Below, in pieces: positions 1-8,785 of a stretch of 64,000 bases of DNA. The notes below the pieces were generated by a model. It saw only the letters and a list, made by a program, of their open reading frames with translations. It searched no databases and had not been told where the DNA came from. The stretch's first letter is position 1, and each line of letters begins with the position of its first letter. The stretch is from NCBI GenBank assembly GCA_036336855.1, contig JAYZFI010000036.1, forward strand, positions 14,871 to 78,870. Direction: 5' to 3'. The DNA is from Candidatus Latescibacterota bacterium (lineage in GTDB: Bacteria; Latescibacterota; UBA2968; UBA8231). Position numbers and translations under genes: made by a program.

Positions 1-1365
1 GTGCGGGTCATGGATCGCGTCGCCATCGCGGGCGTCGGCGACCAAGTCACCGGTGACCTCGGCGACTTCGCCACCGTTTGCCGCGCCGTGCGCGGCGTAG
101 ACGCAGTGATCCACATTGGTGGCAATCCAGGCGAAAAGCCCTGGCCAGAGATTCGCAACAACAACTACGTAGGCTGCTGCCACGTGTTTGAAGCGGCGCG
201 TGAGCTCGGTGTGCAACGCGTTGCCTTCGCCAGTCGCGCCGGCCTGCTCAGCGCCTATCCGGCGGGTGTTCAGCGTACCGTCGACATGCTGCCACGGCCG
301 CGCTCCCTGTACGACAACAGTAAGGTCTTCGGCGAGAGCCTCTGCTCCATGTACGCGGCTCGCTTCGACATGCAGACGGTATCCGTTCGCATCGGCAACT
401 TCAACCCGGAGCGCGATCAGCCGGAACACCCTCATCATCTGAGCCACGGGGACTGCGTGCGCGCCTTCGAACAGGCTATCACTCACCCGGTGAAGGGCTT
501 CCAGATCGTCTTCGGGGTGTCCGATTCAAACTGGCCTCTCTACGACCTCGACCACGGGAAAAAGGCAATCGGCTATGCACCGAAGGACTTCGCGATAGTC
601 CCAGAAAGGGGCCGGGACCGGCCCGAGACGCCGGAACAAGAACTGCCGCGGCCGGCGCACCAGCTTGGACGGGTGCTCATCACCGGGGCGAGCGGGAGAG
701 TGGGATCGGTGTTAGCTCGCGAACTCGGATCAAGTTACGGGATCCGTGGACTCGATCGCGTGGCAAACCTGGAAATTGAGGACATGGTTGTCGGTGACGT
801 CACCGACAGCGAGGTGTGCCGGCAATCCGTGCGGGACGTGGATGCCATCATTCACTTGGCCGGCGTCGCCGATGGTAGTTCTTCCTGGCATGAGGTACTG
901 GAGAACAATTTCGATGGCATGGTGCAGATCATGGATGCCGCGATAGAAGCGGGTGTGCCTCGCTTCGCCTTCGCCAGCCGCGCCGGAATCCTCGGCCCCT
1001 ACCCACGCAACCTGCAGCGCACCGTCGAGATGTACCCGCGTCCGGAAAGTTACTATACGATCAGCAAGATCTTCGGGGAGGGGCTCGGCCACATGTACCA
1101 TACGCGCCACGGCCTTGAGTTTGTTTCCGTGCGCATCGGCAACTTCAAACTCGAGCGCGATCTGCCTGAGCACCCGCATCAGTTGAGTCACACCGACTGC
1201 GTCCGGGTCTTTGAGGCAGCGATCACCTCCCCCGGAGTCAACTACGAAGTGGTGTTTGGAGTCAGCGATTCGGACTGGCCTCTGTACGATCTCGAGCACG
1301 GCCGCCGCGCAATCGGTTACGAACCTGCGAATCGCTCCGTAGTGCCCAAGGCCAAACGGCAGTAG
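1..1365 (+). CDS. Two-module (tandemly duplicated, fused) NAD-dependent epimerase/dehydratase-family SDR, uronate-dehydrogenase-like; 5' end lies outside the window
   Basis: The ORF is open from the window edge. The second module starts with the Rossmann motif GRVLITGASGRVGS and carries YTISK (YxxxK). The first, 5'-truncated module carries YDNSK. Both modules share RVAFASRAG, VSVRIGNF, PEHPHxLSH and VFGVSDSxWPLYDLxHG blocks. Confidence 0.75.
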   Translation: MRVMDRVAIAGVGDQVTGDLGDFATVCRAVRGVDAVIHIGGNPGEKPWPEIRNNNYVGCCHVFEAARELGVQRVAFASRAGLLSAYPAGVQRTVDMLPRPRSLYDNSKVFGESLCSMYAARFDMQTVSVRIGNFNPERDQPEHPHHLSHGDCVRAFEQAITHPVKGFQIVFGVSDSNWPLYDLDHGKKAIGYAPKDFAIVPERGRDRPETPEQELPRPAHQLGRVLITGASGRVGSVLARELGSSYGIRGLDRVANLEIEDMVVGDVTDSEVCRQSVRDVDAIIHLAGVADGSSSWHEVLENNFDGMVQIMDAAIEAGVPRFAFASRAGILGPYPRNLQRTVEMYPRPESYYTISKIFGEGLGHMYHTRHGLEFVSVRIGNFKLERDLPEHPHQLSHTDCVRVFEAAITSPGVNYEVVFGVSDSDWPLYDLEHGRRAIGYEPANRSVVPKAKRQ

Positions 1366-1382
1366 GCTCGCTCACCGACCTC

Positions 1383-2021
1383 TTATACGCGGTCGAGTTT
1401 CGGCTCGGCTTTACCGTGGGTGTGGTCCCAGAGGTGCCCGCGACGCTCTTGCCCCTCCATGGTGGTCTCGAAGTACACGCCCCGGAGCACACCCTCAATG
1501 TTGGCGATATCGTGATGGTGGCCCATGCCGGTGGCGACACAGTCCCCCGGACCCACCTGATAGTGACGGCCCTCGCTGACGACTTCGGCTGACCCCTCGT
1601 AGATGATCCAGTATTCGTCGCAGTCATGGAAGTGAGAGTCGAAGCGGGTGTGTTTCGAGTAAACCACGGGATCGCCGCGATCCTCGCCCTCGTCGCTGTT
1701 CTGGCCGGAAAACAACCCCGAGCCACCGAGATCATCCCCCCAGGCGCCAGCCATACGCACAAGGGTGGTGTCCCCTTCGACATCGAAGACCGAGAAGCAA
1801 CCAGAAACAGCCAGATCTATATTGGCTGCAGTCTCCGCGGGCGTGGGATCGGCCCCGTCGCCCACGGCGATGCGACACCGCCCCTTGGCAACGATGAGCT
1901 TCTCCTTGTCGCCGACGCACTCGAAGACATGGATAGCGCCAGACGCGAGTTGGACGATGTCGAAGGACTCCATCTCGCACCACGAGGGCGCCTGGCCGGG
2001 ACCACTGCGGAAAATGGGCAT
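1383..2021 (-). CDS. Cupin-domain protein
   Basis: Both cupin motifs are present (HFHDCDEYWIIYEG and GPGDCVATGMGHHHD). It lies 14 nt downstream of proS on the same strand. Confidence 0.7.
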   Translation of the reverse strand: MPIFRSGPGQAPSWCEMESFDIVQLASGAIHVFECVGDKEKLIVAKGRCRIAVGDGADPTPAETAANIDLAVSGCFSVFDVEGDTTLVRMAGAWGDDLGGSGLFSGQNSDEGEDRGDPVVYSKHTRFDSHFHDCDEYWIIYEGSAEVVSEGRHYQVGPGDCVATGMGHHHDIANIEGVLRGVYFETTMEGQERRGHLWDHTHGKAEPKLDRV

Positions 2022-2035
2022 GGCTTCCTGCCTCC

Positions 2036-3820
2036 CTAGCCTTCGTAAGGCACTTCAACTACGGCGTCGGCTAGTTCCTGGTAGAGGTCGGCGACGACCT
2101 CGCGAACGCGCTCGACGGCGCTCTCCAAGGCGACCTCCTCGGATTCGCTATCGCGACGCAGCTTGACCTCGACGACACCGTTCTTGAGGCCGCGGTCGCC
2201 GACGGTGATGCGCAGAGGCATACCGAGCAAATCGGCGTCATTGAACTTCACTCCGGCGTTCTCGGCGCGGTCATCGAACAGCACCTCAATGCCGGAGTCT
2301 CTGAGCTCACAGTAAATGGTTTCCGCGGCCGCCAGCGCCGGACTCTCTCCTTTTGCCAGAGCGACGAGGTGCACCTGGAACGGCGCGATCGCCACCGGCC
2401 ACATGAGACCGTTATCGTCGTGGCAATGCTCGGCGACACTAGCCAGAAGACGGCCCACACCGATGCCGTACGAGCCCATGAGAATGCTCTGGGCCTTGCC
2501 CGACTCATCGAGGTAGGAGCACTCCAGGGCGTCGGTATAGCGGGTGCCGAGCTGGAAGATGTTACCCACCTCGATGCCTCTCTGCAGACACAGCGGCTCT
2601 CCACATGAGCTGCATCCCACTCCTTCGGTGGCCTCGGCAATGTCGGCGATGATCTCGGCGCTGTAGTCACGGTCATAGTTGGAGTTGCGCACGTGAAAGC
2701 CGGGCTCATTAGCGCCGGTCACCAGGTTCGCCGAGCTGCTCACGGAATCGTCGGCGACGATGAGTGTTCCGTCGGCAATGTCGATCGGAGAGGCGTAGCC
2801 TGCCACCGAGCCCACAGCCTGAATCTCCTGTTCCTGAGCCGGTCGCAGGGAAAGAGCGCCCACGACATTGGCGAGCTTGACCTCGTTCACTTCCATGTCG
2901 CCGCGAATCATGGCCAAGATCAACTTCTCACTCTGCCCGACTTCGGCGTCCTCGCCGCCTTTGAATCGGCCGACGACGAAGACCGCCTTGGCGGTGCGAC
3001 TGGCGGGAATGTCAAGAAAGGCAGATAGCTCTTCGATGGTGGCGACCTGCGGCGTAGCGACCTTCTCGAGCTCCGCCGGCTCCTCCTCCTCTGCCGCCGC
3101 CTTGCGAAAACGGGCGACTTCGGTGTTGGCAGCGTAGCCGCAGCTGTCGCATATGGCGAGGATATTCTCACCGACGTCGTTCTGGAACATGAACTCGTGC
3201 GCCAGAGATCCTCCCATGATTCCGGTGTCCGAACTCACGGCAATGACCGGCAGGCCACAGCGATGGAAGATGTTGAAATATGCCTGGTAGTGAGCTCGAT
3301 ACTGTTTGTCCAAACCCGCCTGATTGGAGTCGAGAGAGTACGAGTCTTTCATGGTGAACTCGCGCACCCGCAGCAGGCCGGAAGTCGGGCGCGCCTCGTC
3401 ACGCCACTTGGTCTGAAAGTGGTAAAGCATCTGCGGCAGCTGGCGGTAGGAGCGGATCTCCTTGCGCACGAGATCGGCGACGATTTCCTCGTGAGTCATG
3501 GCCAGCACCATGTCGCGGCCGTGGCGGTCGGAGAACCGGCCGAGGATTTCGTCGGCCTCGAAGTAGCGGCCCGTCTCCTTCCACACGTCGGCGGAGTGCA
3601 CCACGGGCATGCGGATTTCCTGCCCGTTGATATCGTTCATCTCCTCGCGGATGATCTGTTCAATCTTGTCCATGGCCCGGTAGGCCAGTGGCAGGTAGGA
3701 AAATATGCCACTGGCGAGCTGGCGGATGTAGCCGGCCCGGGTGAGCAGGATGTGGCTGGTCGCCTCGGCATCGGCCGGTGCCTCTCGTAATGTCTGACTG
3801 AAGAGACCGCTCAGTCGCAT
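2036..3820 (-). CDS. proS: Prolyl-tRNA synthetase, bacterial type with inserted editing domain
   Basis: 594 aa. The N-terminus (TLREAPADAE...SHILLTRAGYIRQLASGIFSYLPL) and class II core blocks (FRDE-like WRDEARP, REFTMKDSYS) are typical of bacterial ProRS. Confidence 0.95.
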   Translation of the reverse strand: MRLSGLFSQTLREAPADAEATSHILLTRAGYIRQLASGIFSYLPLAYRAMDKIEQIIREEMNDINGQEIRMPVVHSADVWKETGRYFEADEILGRFSDRHGRDMVLAMTHEEIVADLVRKEIRSYRQLPQMLYHFQTKWRDEARPTSGLLRVREFTMKDSYSLDSNQAGLDKQYRAHYQAYFNIFHRCGLPVIAVSSDTGIMGGSLAHEFMFQNDVGENILAICDSCGYAANTEVARFRKAAAEEEEPAELEKVATPQVATIEELSAFLDIPASRTAKAVFVVGRFKGGEDAEVGQSEKLILAMIRGDMEVNEVKLANVVGALSLRPAQEQEIQAVGSVAGYASPIDIADGTLIVADDSVSSSANLVTGANEPGFHVRNSNYDRDYSAEIIADIAEATEGVGCSSCGEPLCLQRGIEVGNIFQLGTRYTDALECSYLDESGKAQSILMGSYGIGVGRLLASVAEHCHDDNGLMWPVAIAPFQVHLVALAKGESPALAAAETIYCELRDSGIEVLFDDRAENAGVKFNDADLLGMPLRITVGDRGLKNGVVEVKLRRDSESEEVALESAVERVREVVADLYQELADAVVEVPYEG

Positions 3821-3858
3821 ATCATCTTCCTCTCATTCATCCACACATATGTCATGTG

Positions 3859-4566
3859 CTAGCGCCGGCTGCGGTGGCGGATCAGCGAGCGCAGGGCACC
3901 GTACATCACCACCGTCGACATCATCACCCAAGTGCCGGCGATCAGGTACGCCGCCCACAGACCCCACCCCCAGAACTGGGCAAGGATTCCAGCGTCGGTG
4001 TACTCCGGAAACAGCCAGAGGTCGGTACGAAAATCTTCGAGGCTGTACAGGCAGAGCATCACACCGAGCCAAATGGCGGCGGCGCATCCCATCCGGGTCG
4101 AGTACAGGCTCATGACGACGAACACCAGGCCGCCGAAGATCCCCAGGTAGAAATCCGCCTTGCCGGTCGGCGTGAACGCCATGGTCATAGCCATGGTAGC
4201 ACCGCCAATGAGCAGCACGCTGAGGCGCTGCAGCTGGGGCACGATCCCTGACCAGATCAGCAACGCTCCCAGAAGAGCGCAACCCACATAGCCGGCGGCC
4301 GTGACCCCTGGCACCCAGCCCCCGCGAGTCAGGGTGTGCCCCGACTCGTTGGAGAACGCCCGGATTTCGACCACTTCGCCGCCAGTGGCCATGGCCGTCG
4401 CCGCGTGGCAGACCTCGTGAACCATTACCACGAAGACCCGAAAAGGCTTGACCACCGGCGTGTCCCAAAGCGCCACGGCGAGCACAGCGCTAAGCAGATA
4501 GTAGCGAAAGCGCCACCACACGGCAGTCTTGCGGCGCGCGCTGCGAAACGCTTTCACACCTTCCAC
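3859..4566 (-). CDS. M50B-like integral-membrane metallopeptidase-family protein
   Basis: 235 aa with about 6 hydrophobic helices. An HExxH motif (HEVCH) sits in the first helices, as in the Peptidase_M50B family. The gene lies between thrS and proS. Confidence 0.65.
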   Translation of the reverse strand: MEGVKAFRSARRKTAVWWRFRYYLLSAVLAVALWDTPVVKPFRVFVVMVHEVCHAATAMATGGEVVEIRAFSNESGHTLTRGGWVPGVTAAGYVGCALLGALLIWSGIVPQLQRLSVLLIGGATMAMTMAFTPTGKADFYLGIFGGLVFVVMSLYSTRMGCAAAIWLGVMLCLYSLEDFRTDLWLFPEYTDAGILAQFWGWGLWAAYLIAGTWVMMSTVVMYGALRSLIRHRSRR

Positions 4567-4576
4567 CCGGGCGCTA

Positions 4577-6499
4577 TCAGGTCAGGCTGCGCGTCGTGAT
4601 TTTCGCCACAATCATCGCTACCGCGTCGTCCACGGTCATGGGATCCAGATTTTCACCGCTGCGCTGACGAACTGCGACCTTGCCATCTTCGAGTTCGCGG
4701 TCACCGAGGATAAACATGTAGGGTACCTTCTTTTTCTGAGCCGCCCGGATCCGGTAATTGAGAGTGTTGTCCCCTTCCAGCTGCACGCGCACCCCGCTAG
4801 CCCTGAGGACACCCTCGACCTTGCGGCCATACTCGGCATGGCGTTCAGCGATAGGCAGTATCGACGCCTGCACCGGGGACAGCCACACGGGGAAAGCGCC
4901 AGCGAAGTGTTCGATGAGAAAGCCGATCATGCGCTCGTGCGTGCCCAGGGGAGCCCGATGGATGCACAGCGGCGTCTCTTTCTGATTTTCGGAGTTGATG
5001 TAGTTCAGGCCGAACTTGGAGGGCACGGCAAAGTCAACCTGGTTGGTGGCGATAGAGAATTCCCGGCCGATGGCGGACCAGATCTCCACGTCGATCTTGG
5101 GCCCGTAGAAGGCCGCCTCGCCGGGGACCTCCTCGTACGGAATACCACCATTCTCCAGGGCGCGCCGTACCATGTCCTCCGTCTGCTGCCAGAGTTCGGA
5201 ATGATCGACGTATTTCTTGCCCAGTCCCTCCTCATCGTGCTTGCTGAAGCGCATGACGTATTTTTCGATGCCAAACAGCTCAAAGTACTTTAGGTACATT
5301 CGGCAGACGGCGAGAAACTCCTCCTCGAACTGGTCGAGGCGGCAGTAGATGTGGGCGTCGTTCATCTGCATGGAGCGAACCCGCATGAGTCCGAAGAGCT
5401 CCCCCGACTGCTCGTAGCGGTAGCAAGTACCGTACTCGGCCAGGCGCACTGGCAGATCGCGGTACGAGCGCGGCACAGAATCGAAAATCTTGTGATGGTG
5501 GGGGCAGTTCATCGGCTTGATGTAGTATGTCACCCCCTCCAGTTCCATGGGCGGGAACATCGACTCCTTGTAGTACGGCAAGTGCCCGCTGGTGAGATAC
5601 ATGCTCTCCTTGGCGATGTGGGGCGTGCGTACCTGGCTGTAACCGGCGGCCGCCTCAGTCTCGCGAGCGAGCTTCTCCAGCTCCTCGATGAGTACGGCGC
5701 CCTTGGGCTGCCACAGCGGCAAACCCGGGCCGACCTCGTCGTCGAAGAAGAACAGCTCAAGCTCCTGCCCCAGGCGTCGGTGATCTCGCTTCTTCGCCTC
5801 CTCCAGCATTTTGAGGTGATGATCGAGCCCCTCACGCGAGGAGAACGCTGTTCCGTAGATGCGTTGCAGCATCTTGTTGTTCTCGTCACCGCGCCAGTAG
5901 GCACCCGCCACGGACAACAGCCGGTAGTTCTTGACCTGCCCCGAGCTCAGCATGTGCGGGCCGCGACAAAGGTCGGTGAAATCACCGTCTCGATAGAATG
6001 TGAGCGTCTCGCCATCTTCCAAATCGGCGAGGATCTCCTCCTTATAGGGTTCACCGACGATCATCTCCGCCGCCTGGTCGCGGCTGACCTCAATGCGCTC
6101 GAAGCGGTGGTTCTCCTTCACCACCTTCTTCATCTCCTTTTCGATCGTCTTGAGGTCTTCCGCAGTGAAGGATGTCTCCACGTCGAAGTCGTAGTAGAAC
6201 CCGTCGTCAATGGCCGGACCGATGGCGAGGCGAGCATCGGGAAAGAGGCGCCGTACCGCCTGCGCCATGACGTGGGACATACTGTGCCGAAAGATCCACG
6301 CCGCCTCTTCCGACTCCCACGGAATGAGCGCGACATCGGCGTCGACAGACAGTTCGGTGTGGAAATCCACGACCTCCTCACCGCGCCGTCCGGCGATGAA
6401 CTCTCGCAAAAGTTTCTTGTCATGCTCAACGAGGATTTCCTTCAGCGTCCCCGATCCGGGGTGCTCAAGTACCTCTCCTTCACGAATCTCGATCTTCAC
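4577..6499 (-). CDS. thrS: Threonyl-tRNA synthetase
   Basis: 640 aa with an N-terminal TGS-like segment, a second additional domain and a class II core (HRAPLGTHERMIGFLIEH, FYGPKID). The GTG start is preceded by AAAGGAG. Confidence 0.95.
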   Translation of the reverse strand: MKIEIREGEVLEHPGSGTLKEILVEHDKKLLREFIAGRRGEEVVDFHTELSVDADVALIPWESEEAAWIFRHSMSHVMAQAVRRLFPDARLAIGPAIDDGFYYDFDVETSFTAEDLKTIEKEMKKVVKENHRFERIEVSRDQAAEMIVGEPYKEEILADLEDGETLTFYRDGDFTDLCRGPHMLSSGQVKNYRLLSVAGAYWRGDENNKMLQRIYGTAFSSREGLDHHLKMLEEAKKRDHRRLGQELELFFFDDEVGPGLPLWQPKGAVLIEELEKLARETEAAAGYSQVRTPHIAKESMYLTSGHLPYYKESMFPPMELEGVTYYIKPMNCPHHHKIFDSVPRSYRDLPVRLAEYGTCYRYEQSGELFGLMRVRSMQMNDAHIYCRLDQFEEEFLAVCRMYLKYFELFGIEKYVMRFSKHDEEGLGKKYVDHSELWQQTEDMVRRALENGGIPYEEVPGEAAFYGPKIDVEIWSAIGREFSIATNQVDFAVPSKFGLNYINSENQKETPLCIHRAPLGTHERMIGFLIEHFAGAFPVWLSPVQASILPIAERHAEYGRKVEGVLRASGVRVQLEGDNTLNYRIRAAQKKKVPYMFILGDRELEDGKVAVRQRSGENLDPMTVDDAVAMIVAKITTRSLT

Positions 6500-6811
6500 G
6501 TCTATCGAACTCCTTTGGGAACGCGCGAGACGCGCGCCATCCTCGATCTGCTCTCGATTTCGGACAACAAAAAACCCACTGTCTCTTTCGACAGTGGGCT
6601 GACGGACTCTTCACGTCTCGGGGCCGAAGCCCGCACTATCCCAGCGCAGCCACCGTCGAAACACCATCGCCCGCAGTGGGCACGGCAGGGAGTAGAGGGG
6701 TAGCGGGGGCGGATGCCACGTGAACCGAGGCGCACCTCTCCTCGCCTCGATCCAGAGTATGTGAAACAAGTCGGGACATCCAAAGGAACTCCGGAAACTG
6801 TGGACTAAGCG
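6500..6811 (-). promoter_or_regulatory. Structured thrS leader with mutually exclusive terminator/antiterminator pairing (attenuator of unassigned class)
   Basis: GACGGTGGCTG (6647-6657) can pair with CAGCCCACTGTC, the 5' arm of the terminator. A GGGC-UUCG-GCCC hairpin (6621-6632) lies between them. A CGCGCG-TCT-CGCGCG hairpin (6522-6536) lies just upstream of the SD. Confidence 0.45.
6565..6600 (-). terminator. Intrinsic terminator inside the thrS 5' leader
   Basis: On the minus strand: CCCACTGTC-GAAAGA-GACAGTGGG followed by TTTTTT. That is a 9-bp perfect stem, a 6-nt loop and a U-run, about 65 nt upstream of the thrS start. Confidence 0.65.
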
Positions 6812-6817
6812 CGAACT

Positions 6818-6847
6818 AAGGTAACCGGCTTTCTCTGAGAATGTCAA
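6818..6847 (-). promoter_or_regulatory. Candidate sigma70-type promoter for the thrS leader
   Basis: Minus strand reads TTGACA (6842-6847), an 18-nt spacer, then TACCTT (6818-6823). The candidate promoter at 30628-30657 has the same architecture. Confidence 0.35.
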
Positions 6848-6958
6848 GAAGGAGTCGGCCTCGTTCGTAGTATCGACAGCAGATGAAGCATCACCACCGA
6901 TCGAGCAGGGAGTTTGCCTCAGTATAGTCCATAAGGACCCGTTCTCAAGCCAGGTCCT

Positions 6959-8785
6959 CTACCAGCCGAGGGCGTAGCCAATGCAGCCCTTGGCGGCGGC
7001 GGCACCGGCGATGATGCCTCGATTGGCGTCGTGGCGGATGCCCATCGCTTTTCCGTGTGACCAGCCATCGGTGCGGCGGACGATATGGCCGCGCGCCTCC
7101 AGACCGGAGAGAGTTGCTTCCTCGATGCGGTCCTCGGCGGAAAGCTCACCGGCAAATCCCTGCCGCGGATAAAAGGACGACGGGAAGTGCACGGAGTGCA
7201 CGGTGGGCATATCGAGGGCCTCCTGAAGGTTCATGCCGAAATCGACGAGGTTGAGGAAGAACTGCAGCGTCCACTGATCCTGGGCGTCTCCCCCCGGCGT
7301 GCCGAAGACCAAGTGGGGTTGCCCCTCTTTGAGCACGAGGGTTGGTGTCAGAGTGGCGCGGGGCCGCTTGTGGGGGGCCAGGGCGTTGGGCCGCGCCGGA
7401 TTCAGGTAGAACATTTGACCGCGCGTCCCAAGCGGGAATCCGAGGCCTTCGATCACCCGCGAGGTCCCCAGCCAGCCACCGCTGGGGGTGGCGGCGACCA
7501 TATTGCCCTCGGCGTCGCCGGCATCCAAGTGGGTGGTGTCTCCCATGTGCGCGTGACCGAGACCGAGATCCTGGATCTCGCTCTCGTCTAGGGACAGGGC
7601 GCTCCGGTTGTCCGCAGCAATGTCGGCGACGTTGAATTCCGGCAGTCCGCCGCCGACGTCGCCGGGGCGCAGCTCCATCGACGCTTGCGCTCCGATCAAC
7701 GCGCGCCGCGCGTCAGCATATTCCGTCGACAGCAGCACGTGAAGGGGTACGTCGTCGTGAAGAGGATCGCCGTAATAAGCCTCACGGTCGGCGAAGGCGA
7801 GCTTTGCACACTCGATGACCGTGTGCAAGTATTCGGTGGAGTTGTGCCCCATTGCGGACAGATCAAAGCCTTCAAGCAGGCGCAGCTGCTGCAGAAAGAC
7901 CGGTCCCTGGGTCCAGGAGGGGCACTTGTATACCTCGAGGCCTCTGTAGTTGACGGAGACCGGCTCCTCCAAGCGCGCTTCCCAGGTCGCGAGATCCCGA
8001 AACTCCAGCAGCGCCTTATGCGCGGTACCGGAGGCGTCGTCGACGGCCTCTGCGTGGATGAAGTCGATGATCTTCTCGGCAATCTCCCCCTTGTAGAAGG
8101 CGTCGCGAGCGGCCTCAATGCCAGCGATCCGCCCGCGCCCCGCGGCCCCCTTTTCAGCGGCGCAGAGATCGCGCAGGGTGCGGGCCCAGTCCGGGCAGCG
8201 CAGCAGCTGACCTATAGCGGGTACCTCCCCGTCCGGCAGGTAAACACGGGCCGTGGAAGGGTAGCGTTCGCGGTACTTGTCGGCGTGGCTCTTCAGGGCG
8301 CTGTGCAGCCCGGCATACACGGGAAAGCCATTTTCCGCTAGGTCGATCGCCGGTGACAGAATCTCGGCAAAGGACATCGTCCCCAACCGGGCCACTGCTT
8401 CGGCCCAGCTGCCGACCACGGCGGGCACACAGGCCGGTAGATAGCCATCGCCGGGGATCAGGTCGATGTCGTGGTCCCGGCACCAGTCGATGGTAAAGGC
8501 TGCCGGCGACCAGCCCATGCCACTAAGGGCGTAGACCTTTTTCTCCTTCGCCGAGTAGATGAGTGTGGGCACCTCTCCTCCCACCCCATTGCTCTGTGGC
8601 TCCAGCAAGTTCAGGCAGAAACACATGGCAGCGGCGGCGTCGATGGCATTGCCCCCAGCCTCCATGATCCGAAACCCGGCGGCAGTGGCCAAATAGTGCC
8701 CGGAGGTAACGACGTAATTCCTGCCCGTCACGACCGGGCGAGTGGGATGGTGATCGCTGCGGGTATTTCGGTATCCGTCAGTCAT
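6959..8785 (-). CDS. ggt: Gamma-glutamyltranspeptidase-family Ntn hydrolase, no obvious signal peptide
   Basis: 608 aa with the GDTTHL autoprocessing/nucleophile Thr motif and GGT-like blocks (GGNAIDAA, GTPGG). An ATGA overlap links it to the upstream sulfatase. Confidence 0.9.
   Translation of the reverse strand: MTDGYRNTRSDHHPTRPVVTGRNYVVTSGHYLATAAGFRIMEAGGNAIDAAAAMCFCLNLLEPQSNGVGGEVPTLIYSAKEKKVYALSGMGWSPAAFTIDWCRDHDIDLIPGDGYLPACVPAVVGSWAEAVARLGTMSFAEILSPAIDLAENGFPVYAGLHSALKSHADKYRERYPSTARVYLPDGEVPAIGQLLRCPDWARTLRDLCAAEKGAAGRGRIAGIEAARDAFYKGEIAEKIIDFIHAEAVDDASGTAHKALLEFRDLATWEARLEEPVSVNYRGLEVYKCPSWTQGPVFLQQLRLLEGFDLSAMGHNSTEYLHTVIECAKLAFADREAYYGDPLHDDVPLHVLLSTEYADARRALIGAQASMELRPGDVGGGLPEFNVADIAADNRSALSLDESEIQDLGLGHAHMGDTTHLDAGDAEGNMVAATPSGGWLGTSRVIEGLGFPLGTRGQMFYLNPARPNALAPHKRPRATLTPTLVLKEGQPHLVFGTPGGDAQDQWTLQFFLNLVDFGMNLQEALDMPTVHSVHFPSSFYPRQGFAGELSAEDRIEEATLSGLEARGHIVRRTDGWSHGKAMGIRHDANRGIIAGAAAAKGCIGYALGW

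Noticed and set aside
5351-6703. Very long antisense ORFs, for example 5351-6703 (450 aa opposite thrS), 32136-33692 (518 aa), 13756-14988 (410 aa), 60970-62010 (346 aa) and 9241-10182 (313 aa).
   Set aside because: They are typical high-GC shadow ORFs with Arg/Gly/His/Pro-rich, motif-free translations. Each lies fully opposite a gene with strong family signatures.
6502-6783. A 93-aa ORF (TTG start) inside the thrS leader, and a 49-codon ATG ORF in another frame that might have been a leader peptide.
   Set aside because: The 93-aa ORF reads straight through the terminator hairpin and the SD of thrS. Neither ORF has a run of Thr codons, so classical ribosome-mediated attenuation is not supported.
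6500-6850. Calling the thrS leader a canonical T-box riboswitch.
   Set aside because: I could not find the conserved GGGTGGTACCGCG T-box sequence, a 7-nt UGGN antiterminator bulge, or a convincing specifier loop with a Thr codon followed by a purine. I report it only as an attenuator-like leader.
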